Numbered from the stretch's first letter, positions 28,486 through 40,745 are shown. The stretch: 64,000 bases of DNA from an uncultured Acidimicrobiales bacterium (GCA_963698395.1 CAVOQQ010000003.1:713267-777266), one strand, 5' to 3'. Notes: a model not told the origin generated them from the letters alone. Numbers and translations: made by a program.

Positions 28486-28788
28486 CGCAGTCTCCTTGAG
28501 AGAGGGACGACCTCCGAGAAGGCCGAGCAAGACACGTGCGGACCAGGGTGGCCGCCCGCTTGAGCCGGTGACCGCCGCAGCGATCGAATCGACTTCTCGG
28601 ACGACATCGCACTGATGGCAAATCGCTTGCCATCGGTGTCGTCCGACGAGTGCATTGTCGGTCAGTCAGGATCGACCAGAGCCATGGTGGCGGCGATCAG
28701 GGGACTGCCCGCCCCGCTGAAGCATCACAAAGGACGCCCAACCGAGCCAGATCAGGCTATGCCTCCTCGGCACGAGGGACAACCAACC

Positions 28789-28942
28789 TTTTCCACAGGT
28801 CCGTGTGCACCTGGCAGAGCGCCCTGCTACCGTCCGCTGACCCACCTTCGGGCCTCGATCCCCTCTACTTCAGCCTCCGAAGGGGCGGATGCCCACGTGA
28901 CCGAACCGACGTGGGTCATTCTGTGGAAAAGGCTGTGGAAGA
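28789..28942. promoter_or_regulatory. DnaA-box-like sites in the rpmH-dnaA intergenic region
   Basis: TTTTCCACA (28789), TGTGGAAAA (28922) and TGTGGAAGA (28934), each 1-2 mismatches from TT(A/G)TCCACA. Confidence 0.55.
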
Positions 28943-28967
28943 TGGGGAGAACGGCTGGTGTGAGACA

Positions 28968-30428
28968 GTGATCGCGGCGGACCGAGTCTGGAACACAGCG
29001 GCAGACCGTCTACGAGAGATGGTCGCCGACGGCGTGTGGCAATCAACGTTTTCCCAGGTCCAAGCCATCGATCTCGATAACGACACCATCATCTTGGCCG
29101 TCCCCAACAGCATCATTCGCGAGAAACTCGAAGGAACCTACCGAGGCCTCGTCGAAGATGCGATCGATCAAGCGTCCGACACCGCACTCGTGGTCCAGTT
29201 CGACCTTCGCCCGCCGACCCTGTTCGACTCACTCCCTCCCGACCCGACGAATGCCGTGCGCTCTGGTCGGCCGACGAGTAACGATGGCCTGGTCATCGAT
29301 GTCACCACCAACCGCTCGACTTCGACGCCTCCCGTCGATCGATCGACACCGTCAGCCTCGGTCGATCACAACGCGCCGTACCGCCCGGCACCATCACTCG
29401 ACGGCGCCAACCGCTACACCTTCGAAGGTTTCGTCATCGGCCCGTCGAACCGATTCGCCCACGCGGCGGCGTTGTCGGTCGCCGAGCGACCGGGGGAGTC
29501 CTACAACCCGCTCTTCATCTACGGATCCGCCGGCTTGGGCAAGACCCACCTGCTCCGGGCGATCGAGCACTACGTCAACGACGTCTACCCCGACCTGCGA
29601 GTGCTCTACATCTCCACCGAACAGTTTCTCAACGAGTTCGTCGACGCCATCCGCAACTCGTCGAACAATGAGTTCAAGCGCCGCTATCGCCAGATCGACG
29701 TGCTGTTGGTCGACGACATCCAGTTCATTGCGGGCAAGGACGGCCTGCAGGAAGAGTTCTTCCACACCTTCAACGAGTTGTACGGCTCCGGTCGCCAGAT
29801 CGTGCTGTCCTCGGACCGGCCACCCGACGCCATTCCCACCCTCGAAGATCGACTCCGCAGCCGCTTCATGATGGGCCTGCTCACCGACATCCAACCGCCC
29901 GATGTCGAGACCCGTATGGCCATTCTCCACAAGAAGGCCGATCGAGACGGGTACTTCATTCCCACCGAGGTGTCGGAGTTCATCGCCACCAACATCACGA
30001 GCAACATTCGCGAGCTCGAAGGTGCCCTCACCAAGGTCACGGCCTATGCCAACCTCAACCGGCAACCGATGACCCGCGAGCTGGCCGAGCAGACCTTGCG
30101 CGACTTCATCGCCGATCGACAGCCGCGCCCCATCACGGTCGACATGATCCTCGAAGCCACCTCCGAGCAGTTCAGCTTCGATCTCACCGAACTCATCGGC
30201 AAGTCACGTCGACGACCGCTCGTGGAAGCTCGCCAGATCGCCATGTACGTCACGAGGGAGCTCACCGACCTCAGCTTCCCCCTGATCGCCAGCGCCTTCG
30301 GCGGCCGTGATCACACCACGGTCATGCATGCCTGCGAGAAGATCGGCAAACAGATGACCGAGCGATCGCAGATCTTCGAGAAGGTCGGGGCACTGGAACG
30401 CTTGGTTCGCACCCGAGCCGCCGACTGA
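28968..30428 (+). CDS. dnaA: chromosomal replication initiator DnaA
   Basis: AAA+ GSAGLGKTHLL, LLVDDIQF, box VII/VIII and the C-terminal DNA-binding RQIAMYVTRELTDLSFPLIASAFGGRDHTTVMHA. The GTG at 28968 is preferred; the ORF track starts at 28650. Confidence 0.96.
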   Translation: MIAADRVWNTAADRLREMVADGVWQSTFSQVQAIDLDNDTIILAVPNSIIREKLEGTYRGLVEDAIDQASDTALVVQFDLRPPTLFDSLPPDPTNAVRSGRPTSNDGLVIDVTTNRSTSTPPVDRSTPSASVDHNAPYRPAPSLDGANRYTFEGFVIGPSNRFAHAAALSVAERPGESYNPLFIYGSAGLGKTHLLRAIEHYVNDVYPDLRVLYISTEQFLNEFVDAIRNSSNNEFKRRYRQIDVLLVDDIQFIAGKDGLQEEFFHTFNELYGSGRQIVLSSDRPPDAIPTLEDRLRSRFMMGLLTDIQPPDVETRMAILHKKADRDGYFIPTEVSEFIATNITSNIRELEGALTKVTAYANLNRQPMTRELAEQTLRDFIADRQPRPITVDMILEATSEQFSFDLTELIGKSRRRPLVEARQIAMYVTRELTDLSFPLIASAFGGRDHTTVMHACEKIGKQMTERSQIFEKVGALERLVRTRAAD

Positions 30429-30853
30429 CATGCCCTCCACGACACCGCGCTCCACCACACCGCCCGCCAGGGCGGCCATCACCATGGCACCCACACCCAC
30501 CCAGCGGGCTCACGCTCCGCGGTGCAACATGCGCCCATGGTCACCGCCGGCCACGGCGGCTGGGGACAACCCTGCGGATGACCTCGGAATCACCGGGGGA
30601 TCAGCCGTGGACGATCGAGGGTCCGTCGGTGGACAACGTACGTGTCATCCCCAGGGCTACCGTGCATCCGTGCTCAACTTGGGGACGACGCACACCACCC
30701 TCTGGACAACCAGTGGTGGTCTGACCAGGGGATCTCGGTGTTCGTCCACAATCCACAGGACCTATCACCACCTCTATCTGAGCAAAGCACAATCGGTAAG
30801 TAGTTGGGGAAACTCCGCATGAGGACACCCAACTGGACAAAGGGAGCACAACG
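30429..30853. other. candidate oriC (dnaA-dnaN intergenic DnaA-box cluster plus lower-GC segment)
   Basis: Boxes with at most 1 mismatch to TTGTCCACA or its complement: TGGGGACAA 30561, GGTGGACAA 30628, TCTGGACAA 30701 and TCGTCCACA 30742. Weaker boxes lie at 30606 and 30832. A lower-GC stretch spans about 30760-30830. Confidence 0.7.
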
Positions 30854-31945
30854 GTGAAGTTCCGTTGCGAACGAGACGTATTGGTTGAAGCGCTGGCCAC
30901 CGCAGGCCGGGCCGTGAGCGGCCGAGGCACGTTGCCTGGACTTTCGGGTGTACGAGCTCAGCTCACTGGTGATCAGCTCCGGCTGACCGGTAGCGACCTC
31001 GATCTCACCATCACCATCGCGGTGCTGGTGTCGGGCGAGGCCGACGGTGTCGCGGTGATCCCGGCTCGGCTGGCCTCCGACATCGTGCGCGCCCTCGAGC
31101 CCGGAGCGGTCTCGGTTGCCGCCGATGGTGACGAGCTCCTCATCAGTGCCGGCCGAAGCCAGTTCTCGATCCGTCTCATCGCCGGTGACGAGTTCCCGCA
31201 GATCGAACAGATCGACAGCGAGCCGGTCGAGCTCGCCTCGGCTCAGTTGGCCGAGGCGCTCAAACAGGTGGTCCCGGCGGCCAGCAACGACGATTCGCGC
31301 CCGCCGCTCACGGGGGTGTTGTTTGCCTCGGAGAACGGTGGCTTGCGACTCGTTGCAACCGACTCGTATCGACTGGCAATGCGTGACGTTCCCGGAATCT
31401 CGGTGCTCGAAGAGGGCCAGAGTGTCTTGATCCCCTCTCGTGCGCTGTCGGAACTCAATCGCATCCTCGGGCAGGGCGAGAAGGTCGAGCTTCGTCTCGG
31501 CGAGCGCGAAGCCTCGTTCCATGTCGGTTCGGTCGACCTCATCACCCGCCTGATCGAGGCGGACTTCCCCAACTATCGCGGCCTCATCCCGGAGTCGCAT
31601 CCCAATGCCTTGACGGTCTCGCGAGAGGAACTCCTCGACGCCTTGCGACGGGTCAAGCTCCTTGCCCGTGAGGCAACGCCGGTTCGTCTCGAGATGTCGG
31701 CGGATGGGCTCGAGCTCGCCGCCGTCACCCAAGATGTCGGCACGGCGCGCGAGCAGCTCGAGGGCACCTACGACGGAAGCCCGCTGACGGTGGCCTTCAA
31801 CCCGCAATATCTGCTCGAGGGCATCGAGGTCTCCACGAGCGACGAGATCGTGCTCTCCACCATCGACGAACTCCGGCCGGCTGTGGTTCGCATGCCGGGC
31901 ACCAACGACTTCCTGTATCTGTTGATGCCCGTGCGGGTGTCGTGA
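30854..31945 (+). CDS. dnaN: DNA polymerase III beta sliding clamp
   Basis: 363 aa starting MKFRCERDVLVEALATAGRAV, with three-domain clamp length and position. Confidence 0.97.
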   Translation: MKFRCERDVLVEALATAGRAVSGRGTLPGLSGVRAQLTGDQLRLTGSDLDLTITIAVLVSGEADGVAVIPARLASDIVRALEPGAVSVAADGDELLISAGRSQFSIRLIAGDEFPQIEQIDSEPVELASAQLAEALKQVVPAASNDDSRPPLTGVLFASENGGLRLVATDSYRLAMRDVPGISVLEEGQSVLIPSRALSELNRILGQGEKVELRLGEREASFHVGSVDLITRLIEADFPNYRGLIPESHPNALTVSREELLDALRRVKLLAREATPVRLEMSADGLELAAVTQDVGTAREQLEGTYDGSPLTVAFNPQYLLEGIEVSTSDEIVLSTIDELRPAVVRMPGTNDFLYLLMPVRVS

Positions 31946-31980
31946 CCACTCGTTGTTGAGTACACCCGGCGGACGGCCGA

Positions 31981-33081
31981 ATGCGACTTGACCGGGTCTG
32001 GCTGACCGATTTCCGCAGCTACGAGTATTTCGAGATCGAACTCGATGATGGTCTGACGGCCGTCGTCGGAGCGAACGGCATCGGCAAGACCAACCTGCTC
32101 GAAGCCATCGGCTTGCTCGCCACGTTGAAGTCGTTTCGGGGTGCGCCGACCGAGAGTCTGATCCGCCAAGGGGCCCAGCGGGCCCTGATTCGGGCCGAGG
32201 GTGAGCGAGAGGGCCGCCCCGTGCTGATCGAACTGGAGTTGGCCCCCGGAAAGAGTCGGGCGCAGGTCAATCGACAGAAGTTGCAGCGCACCCGTGATCT
32301 GCTCGGTGCACTACGGGTCACGGTGTTCGCCCCGGATGATCTGACGCTGGTGAAGGACGGACCAGCCGTCCGGCGTGAGTACGTCGACGACCTCGCTGTC
32401 GCTCTCGACCCCAAACTCGACCGAACGCTGAGTGACTTCGATCGAGCGCTCCGGCAGCGGAATGCGTTGCTGCGCACGGCCGGTGGCCGCCTCGACGAAT
32501 CGGCGGCGATGACCCTCGACGTCTGGGATGCCCAACTCGCCCAGCTCGGCTCACTCGTGTTGGAGCGTCGCTACGACGTACTGGAGCAGCTCGTCCCTCT
32601 GGCTGCCGAGTGCTACCAAACCTTGGCGGCCGACAGCACCGAGGTCACGGCCGACTATGTCACCTCGTGGAACGAAGCCTCCCTGGCCGAAGCCTTCGAA
32701 GTGAGCCGGACCAATGACGTTCGTCGTGGCCTGTCGACGGTCGGGCCGCATCGTGACGAGATCGCCTTCGCGATCAATGGGTTCGGCAGTCGAACACAGT
32801 CGTCGCAAGGGGAACAACGCACGCTGGCGCTGGCGCTGCGGCTCGCCGGGCATCGCCTCATCACGCAACGCATCGGCGAACCGCCGCTGTTGCTCCTCGA
32901 CGACGTGTTGTCCGAGCTCGACCCTGATCGGGCCTACGCCTTGTTGTCGACCCTGCCACCGGGCCAGACGGTGATCACCAGTGCGTCGGCGCTCCCAGCG
33001 GCCACCGAGCCGGATACGCTCTTGGTCTACGACGCCGGCGCCGAGAGCCCCGGTGGGTTTGTCCGGCAACGGACCGAGTAG
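31981..33081 (+). CDS. recF: DNA replication/repair protein RecF
   Basis: Walker A GANGIGKTNLLEAI, signature SQGEQRTLALALRLA and Walker B LLLLDDV. Confidence 0.95.
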   Translation: MRLDRVWLTDFRSYEYFEIELDDGLTAVVGANGIGKTNLLEAIGLLATLKSFRGAPTESLIRQGAQRALIRAEGEREGRPVLIELELAPGKSRAQVNRQKLQRTRDLLGALRVTVFAPDDLTLVKDGPAVRREYVDDLAVALDPKLDRTLSDFDRALRQRNALLRTAGGRLDESAAMTLDVWDAQLAQLGSLVLERRYDVLEQLVPLAAECYQTLAADSTEVTADYVTSWNEASLAEAFEVSRTNDVRRGLSTVGPHRDEIAFAINGFGSRTQSSQGEQRTLALALRLAGHRLITQRIGEPPLLLLDDVLSELDPDRAYALLSTLPPGQTVITSASALPAATEPDTLLVYDAGAESPGGFVRQRTE

Positions 33082-33114
33082 GCGGAAACCAACAGCAGTT
33101 GCACCGAGCGGGGA

Positions 33115-33414
33115 GTGAGCATGTCTGAACCCCAACGCCTTGGGTTTGCCCTGGAGCGGCTTTTCGGGCACCTTGGGGCACCAGCCGTTCGTACCGTGTC
33201 GGACCTGGGCGATCGCTGGGACTCGATCGTCGGACCGGGCCTCGCGGACCACAGCACGCCCGCCGGCCTCATCGATGGCGTGCTCACGATCCACTGCGAT
33301 GATGCCGCCTGGGCCTCACAGATCAAGTGGATGGACGCCCAGATCAAAGAGCGTTTCGCCTCACACTTTCCCGATACCGAGTTGCGCACCATCCGAGCCT
33401 CCGTCGGCGCCTGA
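33115..33414 (+). CDS. dciA: DUF721/DciA-like protein (recF-gyrB position, as Rv0004)
   Basis: 99 aa with ...WDSIVGPGLADHSTPAGLIDGVLTIHCDDAAWASQIKWM. The assignment rests on this motif pattern and conserved synteny. Confidence 0.75.
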   Translation: MSMSEPQRLGFALERLFGHLGAPAVRTVSDLGDRWDSIVGPGLADHSTPAGLIDGVLTIHCDDAAWASQIKWMDAQIKERFASHFPDTELRTIRASVGA

Positions 33415-33471
33415 CTTCCCCCTGTTCAGTGCCCAAAACTGCTACGCTGCACCAGCTTGAAAAGCGATTGA

Positions 33472-35511
<2,040 letters not shown>

Positions 35512-35582
35512 CTGAAAGCGATCTCAACGACGTCTGCAGCTGCAGACCGTCGACGAGTTCTGACGCAAGAAGAGTTGACTGC

Positions 35583-38198
35583 ATGAGCGATCTACCACCA
35601 GACGACACCGCCACCGACGACGGTGACACGCACGACAACATCGAGCCCATCGAGATCCAGGCGGAGATGGAACAGTCGTTCCTCGAGTACGCCATGTCGG
35701 TCATCATCTCGCGTGCGCTCCCCGACGCACGCGACGGATTGAAGCCGGTGCACCGCCGCATCCTGTGGTCGATGTTCGACGCCGGTCACCGGCCCGATCG
35801 CAGCCATGTGAAGTGCGCAACCGTGGTCGGCGACGTCATCGGCAAATACCACCCCCATGGTGACCAGGCCATCTACGACTCGCTCGTGCGCATGGGCCAG
35901 AGCTTCTCGCTGCGCAATCCGCTCATCGATCCCCACGGCAACTTCGGCTCGCCCGACGATCCACCGGCCGCCTACCGCTACACCGAGTGTCGGTTGCGAC
36001 CACTGGCCATGGAACTGCTGGCCGACATCGACCAAGACACCGTCGACTTCCGCGACAACTTCGACGGCAAGCACCGTGAACCCACCGTGTTGCCGTCACG
36101 CTTCCCCAACCTGCTGGTCAACGGCAGTCAGGGCATCGCCGTCGGCATGGCCACGAACATCCCCCCGCACAACCTCGAAGAGGTCATCGACGCCGTCGTG
36201 CATCTGATCGACAACGACGAAGCCACCGTCGACGATCTCATGGAGTTCGTCAAAGGTCCGGACTTTCCCACCGGTGCCCAGGTGCTCGGTCGGGTCGGTA
36301 TCCGCGATGCGTACCGCACCGGTCGCGGTTCGATTCGCATGCGTGCCGTCGCCGAGATCGTCGAAGGCAAGACCCACGATTCGATCATCGTCACCGAGGT
36401 CCCGTACCAGACCTCGGTCGACCAGATCGCACGCAAGACCGCCGAACTGGTCGAGCGGGGTGATCTCGCCGGTATTCGTGAGATCCGTAACGAATCGGCC
36501 AAGGGCCAGCTCCGCTTGGTCTTCGACCTCAAGCGCGACGCCAGTGGCCTCGTCGTTTTGAACAACCTCTACAAGTACACGCCGATGCAGACCTCGTTCG
36601 GCGTCAACATGGTGGCGCTGGTCGACGAGGTGCCGCGCACGCTGAACCTGCGCGATGCACTGGTCAGTTATGTGGGGCATCAGCGTGACGTCGTCACCCG
36701 CCGTACCCAGTACCGACTCGAGGCCGCTCGCAAGCGCGAGCACATCCTCGAGGGTCTCATCAAGGCGCTCGACGTCATCGACGAGATCATCGCCACGATC
36801 CGTGCCTCAGACGACCGCCCCGACGCACGCTCGCGCCTCATGGCCGAGCCGTTCGAGTTCTCCGAGATCCAGGCCAACTTCATCCTCGACATGAACCTGG
36901 GCCGTCTGACGCGCCTGGCCCGCATCGAGATCGACACCGAGCTCACCGAGCAGCGAGACGCCATTGCGGGTTTCGAGGCGATTCTCGCCGACCGGCTCGT
37001 ACTCGATCAGGTCATCAAAGACGAGCTCGCAGAGATTCGTTCCACCTTCGGCAGCGAGCGCCGCACGGCGCTGGTGAACGATCCGGGTGAACTCGACATC
37101 GAAGATCTGATCGACGACGAAGCCTTGGTGGTCACCTTGTCCACCACCGGCTACATCAAGTCGGTCTCGATCGACGAGTTCCGCACCCAGGCACGCGGCG
37201 GTCGGGGCGTGAGCGCGGCAAAGCTGAAGGGCGACGACGACGACATCATCGCCCACCTGCTCCAGACCTCGGCTCACGCCTACCTGCTCTTCTTCTCCAA
37301 TCGCGGTCGGGTGTACCGGATCAAGACACACGAGATCCCCGTCACCAGTCGGTCGTCGCGGGGAATGGCGCTGGTCAACCTGCTGCAGCTCCAGCCCGAC
37401 GAGAAGATCCAGGCGATCATCGACACCCGCGACTACGAGACCAATCGGTTCCTGTTCTTCGCAACTCGCCAGGGCCGGGTCAAGAAGACACTCTTCAATG
37501 CCTATGACTCCTCGCTGCGCGCCGGTTTGATCGCCATCAACCTCAACGAAGGCGACGAACTCGTGTCCGTCGTGGCCACCAACGGCGTCCACGACATCTT
37601 CATGGTGTCGCGCCAAGGCCAAGCCCTGCGATTCCCCGAGGACCAGGTTCGTCCCATGGGTCGCACCGCGGCCGGGGTTCGCGGCATGAAGTTCCGAGCC
37701 GGTGACGAGCTGGTGTCGATGGATGTCATGCAACCCGACACCGAACTGCTCGTCGTCACGAGCGAAGGCTTCGGAAAGCGGACGGACCCCGAGCTCTTCA
37801 CGGCGAAGGGTCGCGCCGGTCTTGGTGTGCGCTGCGTGAAGGTCAACGAACGCAAGGGTCGTGTGGTCGGCGCCATGTTCGTGGGGCCAGATGACGAGAT
37901 CCTGCTGATCTCCTCCAATGGCGTGATCATCCGGACCACCGTCGGCGCCGTATCCCAGCAGGGTCGAGATGCCACTGGCGTCTCGGTCATGAACCTGGGA
38001 TCCGGCGATGCCGTCTCTGCCGTGGCTCGAGTACTCGTCCCCGATGCTCCCGAGATCGACCCCGGGGCCGATGGCGACGAGGGCGCAGTCGAGGCCGTCG
38101 ATGGCAACGATGCGCACCTCGAGGCAACGTCGGTCGACGACGACCACGCTGACGACATCACCGACGAGGGTGACGAGCCGGACGACACCGAGGACTGA
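35583..38198 (+). CDS. gyrA: DNA gyrase subunit A
   Basis: YAMSVIISRALPDARDGLKPVHRR, the active-site region AAYRYTE, a beta-pinwheel CTD and an acidic tail. Confidence 0.98.
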   Translation: MSDLPPDDTATDDGDTHDNIEPIEIQAEMEQSFLEYAMSVIISRALPDARDGLKPVHRRILWSMFDAGHRPDRSHVKCATVVGDVIGKYHPHGDQAIYDSLVRMGQSFSLRNPLIDPHGNFGSPDDPPAAYRYTECRLRPLAMELLADIDQDTVDFRDNFDGKHREPTVLPSRFPNLLVNGSQGIAVGMATNIPPHNLEEVIDAVVHLIDNDEATVDDLMEFVKGPDFPTGAQVLGRVGIRDAYRTGRGSIRMRAVAEIVEGKTHDSIIVTEVPYQTSVDQIARKTAELVERGDLAGIREIRNESAKGQLRLVFDLKRDASGLVVLNNLYKYTPMQTSFGVNMVALVDEVPRTLNLRDALVSYVGHQRDVVTRRTQYRLEAARKREHILEGLIKALDVIDEIIATIRASDDRPDARSRLMAEPFEFSEIQANFILDMNLGRLTRLARIEIDTELTEQRDAIAGFEAILADRLVLDQVIKDELAEIRSTFGSERRTALVNDPGELDIEDLIDDEALVVTLSTTGYIKSVSIDEFRTQARGGRGVSAAKLKGDDDDIIAHLLQTSAHAYLLFFSNRGRVYRIKTHEIPVTSRSSRGMALVNLLQLQPDEKIQAIIDTRDYETNRFLFFATRQGRVKKTLFNAYDSSLRAGLIAINLNEGDELVSVVATNGVHDIFMVSRQGQALRFPEDQVRPMGRTAAGVRGMKFRAGDELVSMDVMQPDTELLVVTSEGFGKRTDPELFTAKGRAGLGVRCVKVNERKGRVVGAMFVGPDDEILLISSNGVIIRTTVGAVSQQGRDATGVSVMNLGSGDAVSAVARVLVPDAPEIDPGADGDEGAVEAVDGNDAHLEATSVDDDHADDITDEGDEPDDTED

Positions 38199-38285
38199 GT
38201 CCTTTCGCTCGACCACTTCCCCCAAGACCTCGACCACTTCCCCGAGAACAACGAGCCCGAAGCGGGCAATGGAGGAAGCACGATC

Positions 38286-38687
38286 GTGTCCAAGCGACGG
38301 ACGATGTCTCGCCCAGGTTCGGTTTTTCGCCGATGGTCGGGTTCGTGGCGAAGAGCGGTGGACCGAAGAGCGGCGGACGACCGTGAGTGCGGGGGAGCGC
38401 TGGTGATGTTCGCGCTGACCGGTGTGTTCGTCGTCGTCGCCATCTTGTTGCTGGCCGGGCTCACGCAGCGCGTGGTCGATCGAAGTCGGGCGCAGGCGGC
38501 CGCTGATGCCGCTGCGCTGGCCGGTGTCGTCGACGGGCGCGCCGGGGCAGAGGCTCTTGCGGCGGCAAACGACGCCGTGGTGGTTCGCTTCGTAGACCGA
38601 GGCACCACCGTCACGGTCGACGTTGCGACCTCCGACGGTACTGCCGCCTCCGCAAGCGCCGAGCGACGGTTGGTGATCGACGGCTAG
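38286..38687 (+). CDS. TadE/Rv3654c-like membrane protein
   Basis: A TM helix followed by RSRAQAAADAAALAG, the pattern typical of TadE/TadG-like pseudopilin-associated proteins. GGAGGA lies 9 nt upstream of the GTG. Confidence 0.6.
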   Translation: MSKRRTMSRPGSVFRRWSGSWRRAVDRRAADDRECGGALVMFALTGVFVVVAILLLAGLTQRVVDRSRAQAAADAAALAGVVDGRAGAEALAAANDAVVVRFVDRGTTVTVDVATSDGTAASASAERRLVIDG

Positions 38688-38790
38688 GAGGGCCGGTCGA
38701 GGCACCGGGTGACCGTCGGCGGGGTCGCCGAGGACCTTTGATCGAGGGTGATCGCTCTTGGGCGAATTGTGACCGTAGACTGCGACGAGT

Positions 38791-40344
38791 ATGTCTATTG
38801 ACGATCCCTCGGCGAAGGACTCAGTGGTTCTTGGTGCCGACCTAGTCGCAGCGCTCGGCTTTGAGCCGGTGTCTGTCGAGCCCGATGACGTCGATGACAT
38901 CGAGCTCGCGGCGGAGTCAAATGGCGACATCGTCGTCGATGACGTGTCGAGCCGTGATGCTTCGAGCACCGCCTGGTCGAACAGCGGCGCGGCGAGCAAT
39001 GGGCACCATGCATCGGTGACCCTTGACGACGAGGCGAGCACCGACGCCGGCACCGTCGACGAGCAGGTCGCGGCCGCGGGCGATGGCGACGCTGATCCTT
39101 CCGATCGAACCACCAACGACCATGCGTCATTCGACGCTCAGGAACCGAGCATGGCGACAGAGACACCCAGCATGGCCACAGAAGCCGAGTCCGAAACCGA
39201 AGTCAGTGACGACATCCAGGTCAGTGACGACATCGAAGTGATCGACGACGCCGTCGCTGCTGAAGCGGTCGACGCCGCCCCAGCAACCGGTCGCAAACGC
39301 TTCGGTGTCCGTGGCCTGTTCAGCCGTCAGGCCGAATCGGTCATCGACGCCGAACCCGGATCAACTCGAGATCTGTTCGCCAACGAATCCCGACTGGCCG
39401 ATACCTCGGGTGTCGAGGAGGTTCTCGATGTCAACGCCGACGCCCTGGACCAGGCTGACGCTGTCGCAGTCTCTGACGCGACCTCTGACGCGACCTCTGA
39501 CGCGACCTCTGACGCGGTTTCTGACGCGAGCTCCAATGTCCTCTACGACCACGAGGCCGACGGCGAGGTCGCGACCGAGGCCGACGCAGCGACCCCGGAA
39601 TCGTCCGACGCTCCGAGCTCAACTGACGGTCGGCTTGCTGGCGGTCTGGCCGATGACGAGGATCCAGCAGTGAACGATGCGGCGCTTGCCGATGATCCCT
39701 TGGTCGACCCGGCGATGTTCGCCGCCGCCGCCGAGCCCACCGCGTCGCTGGATCTCACCGACCCGCACGCTCGCACCGGCACCATCGATCTCGATCAACA
39801 CGAGCGTGATCAGCTCGAACTCGATCGGAGCTTTGCGCCCGATCTCATGCCAGGCGAGGCATCGCCGACGGCCCCCGCGGCCGAGACGGGTCTGGCCGGT
39901 GCGGCCGCCACCTCGGTGGTTTCGGCGTCGAGGGTCGGATCGTCCTCCCGATCGACCAAGAAACTCCGGGCTCGTAAGTCACGGCGGGTGATTCGTCACA
40001 TCGATCCCTGGTCGGTTCTCACCTTCTCGATCCTGTTCCACCTGGCGTTCTTCTCGGCGATGCTGTTGGCCGGCGTGCTGGTGTGGAACGCGGCCATCGC
40101 TGCGGGCACCGTGGAGAGCATCGAGAACTTCATCCGAGAACTGGGCGACTACGAGACGTTCGAGATCAATTCGAACCAGGTCTTCCGAGCAGCGGTGATC
40201 ATCGCCGGCATGTTGACCCTGGCCTCTTCGGTCTTGGTCGTGCTGCTCACCGTGGTGTTCAATCTGATCTCGGATCTGGTTGGCGGTATCCGGATCACGG
40301 TCATCGAGGAAGAAACCGTTCGGGTCCCCGCCGATCAGAAGTAG
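38791..40344 (+). CDS. DUF3566-type membrane protein (Rv0007-like) with a long acidic repeat-rich N-terminal region
   Basis: The C-terminal ~120 aa (IDPWSVLTFSILFHLAFFSAMLL...VVFNLISDLVGGIRITV) sits in the post-gyrA position. The N-terminal ~390 aa is Asp/Ala/Ser-rich. Confidence 0.8.
   Translation: MSIDDPSAKDSVVLGADLVAALGFEPVSVEPDDVDDIELAAESNGDIVVDDVSSRDASSTAWSNSGAASNGHHASVTLDDEASTDAGTVDEQVAAAGDGDADPSDRTTNDHASFDAQEPSMATETPSMATEAESETEVSDDIQVSDDIEVIDDAVAAEAVDAAPATGRKRFGVRGLFSRQAESVIDAEPGSTRDLFANESRLADTSGVEEVLDVNADALDQADAVAVSDATSDATSDATSDAVSDASSNVLYDHEADGEVATEADAATPESSDAPSSTDGRLAGGLADDEDPAVNDAALADDPLVDPAMFAAAAEPTASLDLTDPHARTGTIDLDQHERDQLELDRSFAPDLMPGEASPTAPAAETGLAGAAATSVVSASRVGSSSRSTKKLRARKSRRVIRHIDPWSVLTFSILFHLAFFSAMLLAGVLVWNAAIAAGTVESIENFIRELGDYETFEINSNQVFRAAVIIAGMLTLASSVLVVLLTVVFNLISDLVGGIRITVIEEETVRVPADQK
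39472..39531. repeat. 5 x 12-bp tandem repeat (tctgacgcgacc) encoding SDAT repeats
   Basis: Read directly from the sequence; lies within the DUF3566 gene. Confidence 0.85.
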
Positions 40345-40383
40345 TTGGTTCCCGCAGCGAGCGGTATCGTAACCGTTCGCCTC

Positions 40384-40457
<74 letters not shown>

Positions 40458-40466
40458 CGAAGCGTT

Positions 40467-40507
40467 CAGAGATGCCACCCCACCCGGGGTGGCATCTCTG
40501 CTTTTGG
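40467..40507 (+). terminator. intrinsic terminator after tRNA-Ile
   Basis: CAGAGATGCCACCCC-ACCC-GGGGTGGCATCTCTG, a 15-bp stem followed by CTTTTGG. Confidence 0.8.
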
Positions 40508-40604
40508 GTCATCGTCGGTTTGGGTCATCGTCGGTTTGGGTCGGTGCTCGCCGATGACATCGGCTGGCGACGGCTCCTCCGAGGGCCACTGCTACGGTGA
40601 CGTC

Positions 40605-40745
40605 ATGATCACCCTGGTGCGGAGAGTCGCTGCGGCCATCTCGATGGCTGGTCTGGTCGCCACGTTCTTCCGATTGCGTGGCACGGGCGGTACGCCGCCC
40701 CGCAGCGGAGGCTGGCGCGAGGTCACCGACGACGACCTCACCTGA
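40605..40745 (+). CDS. possible 46-aa membrane peptide coupled to the downstream oxidoreductase
   Basis: MITLVRRVAAAISMAGLVATFFRLRG.... Its stop overlaps the next ATG (TGATG). Confidence 0.35.
   Translation: MITLVRRVAAAISMAGLVATFFRLRGTGGTPPRSGGWREVTDDDLT

Noticed and set aside
36807-39116. 769-aa minus-strand ORF, plus a 370-aa ORF at 37502..38614
   Set aside because: It is antisense to gyrA and the following genes. The translation is Arg/Gly/Val-rich without motifs. This is the usual long shadow ORF of a high-GC genome.
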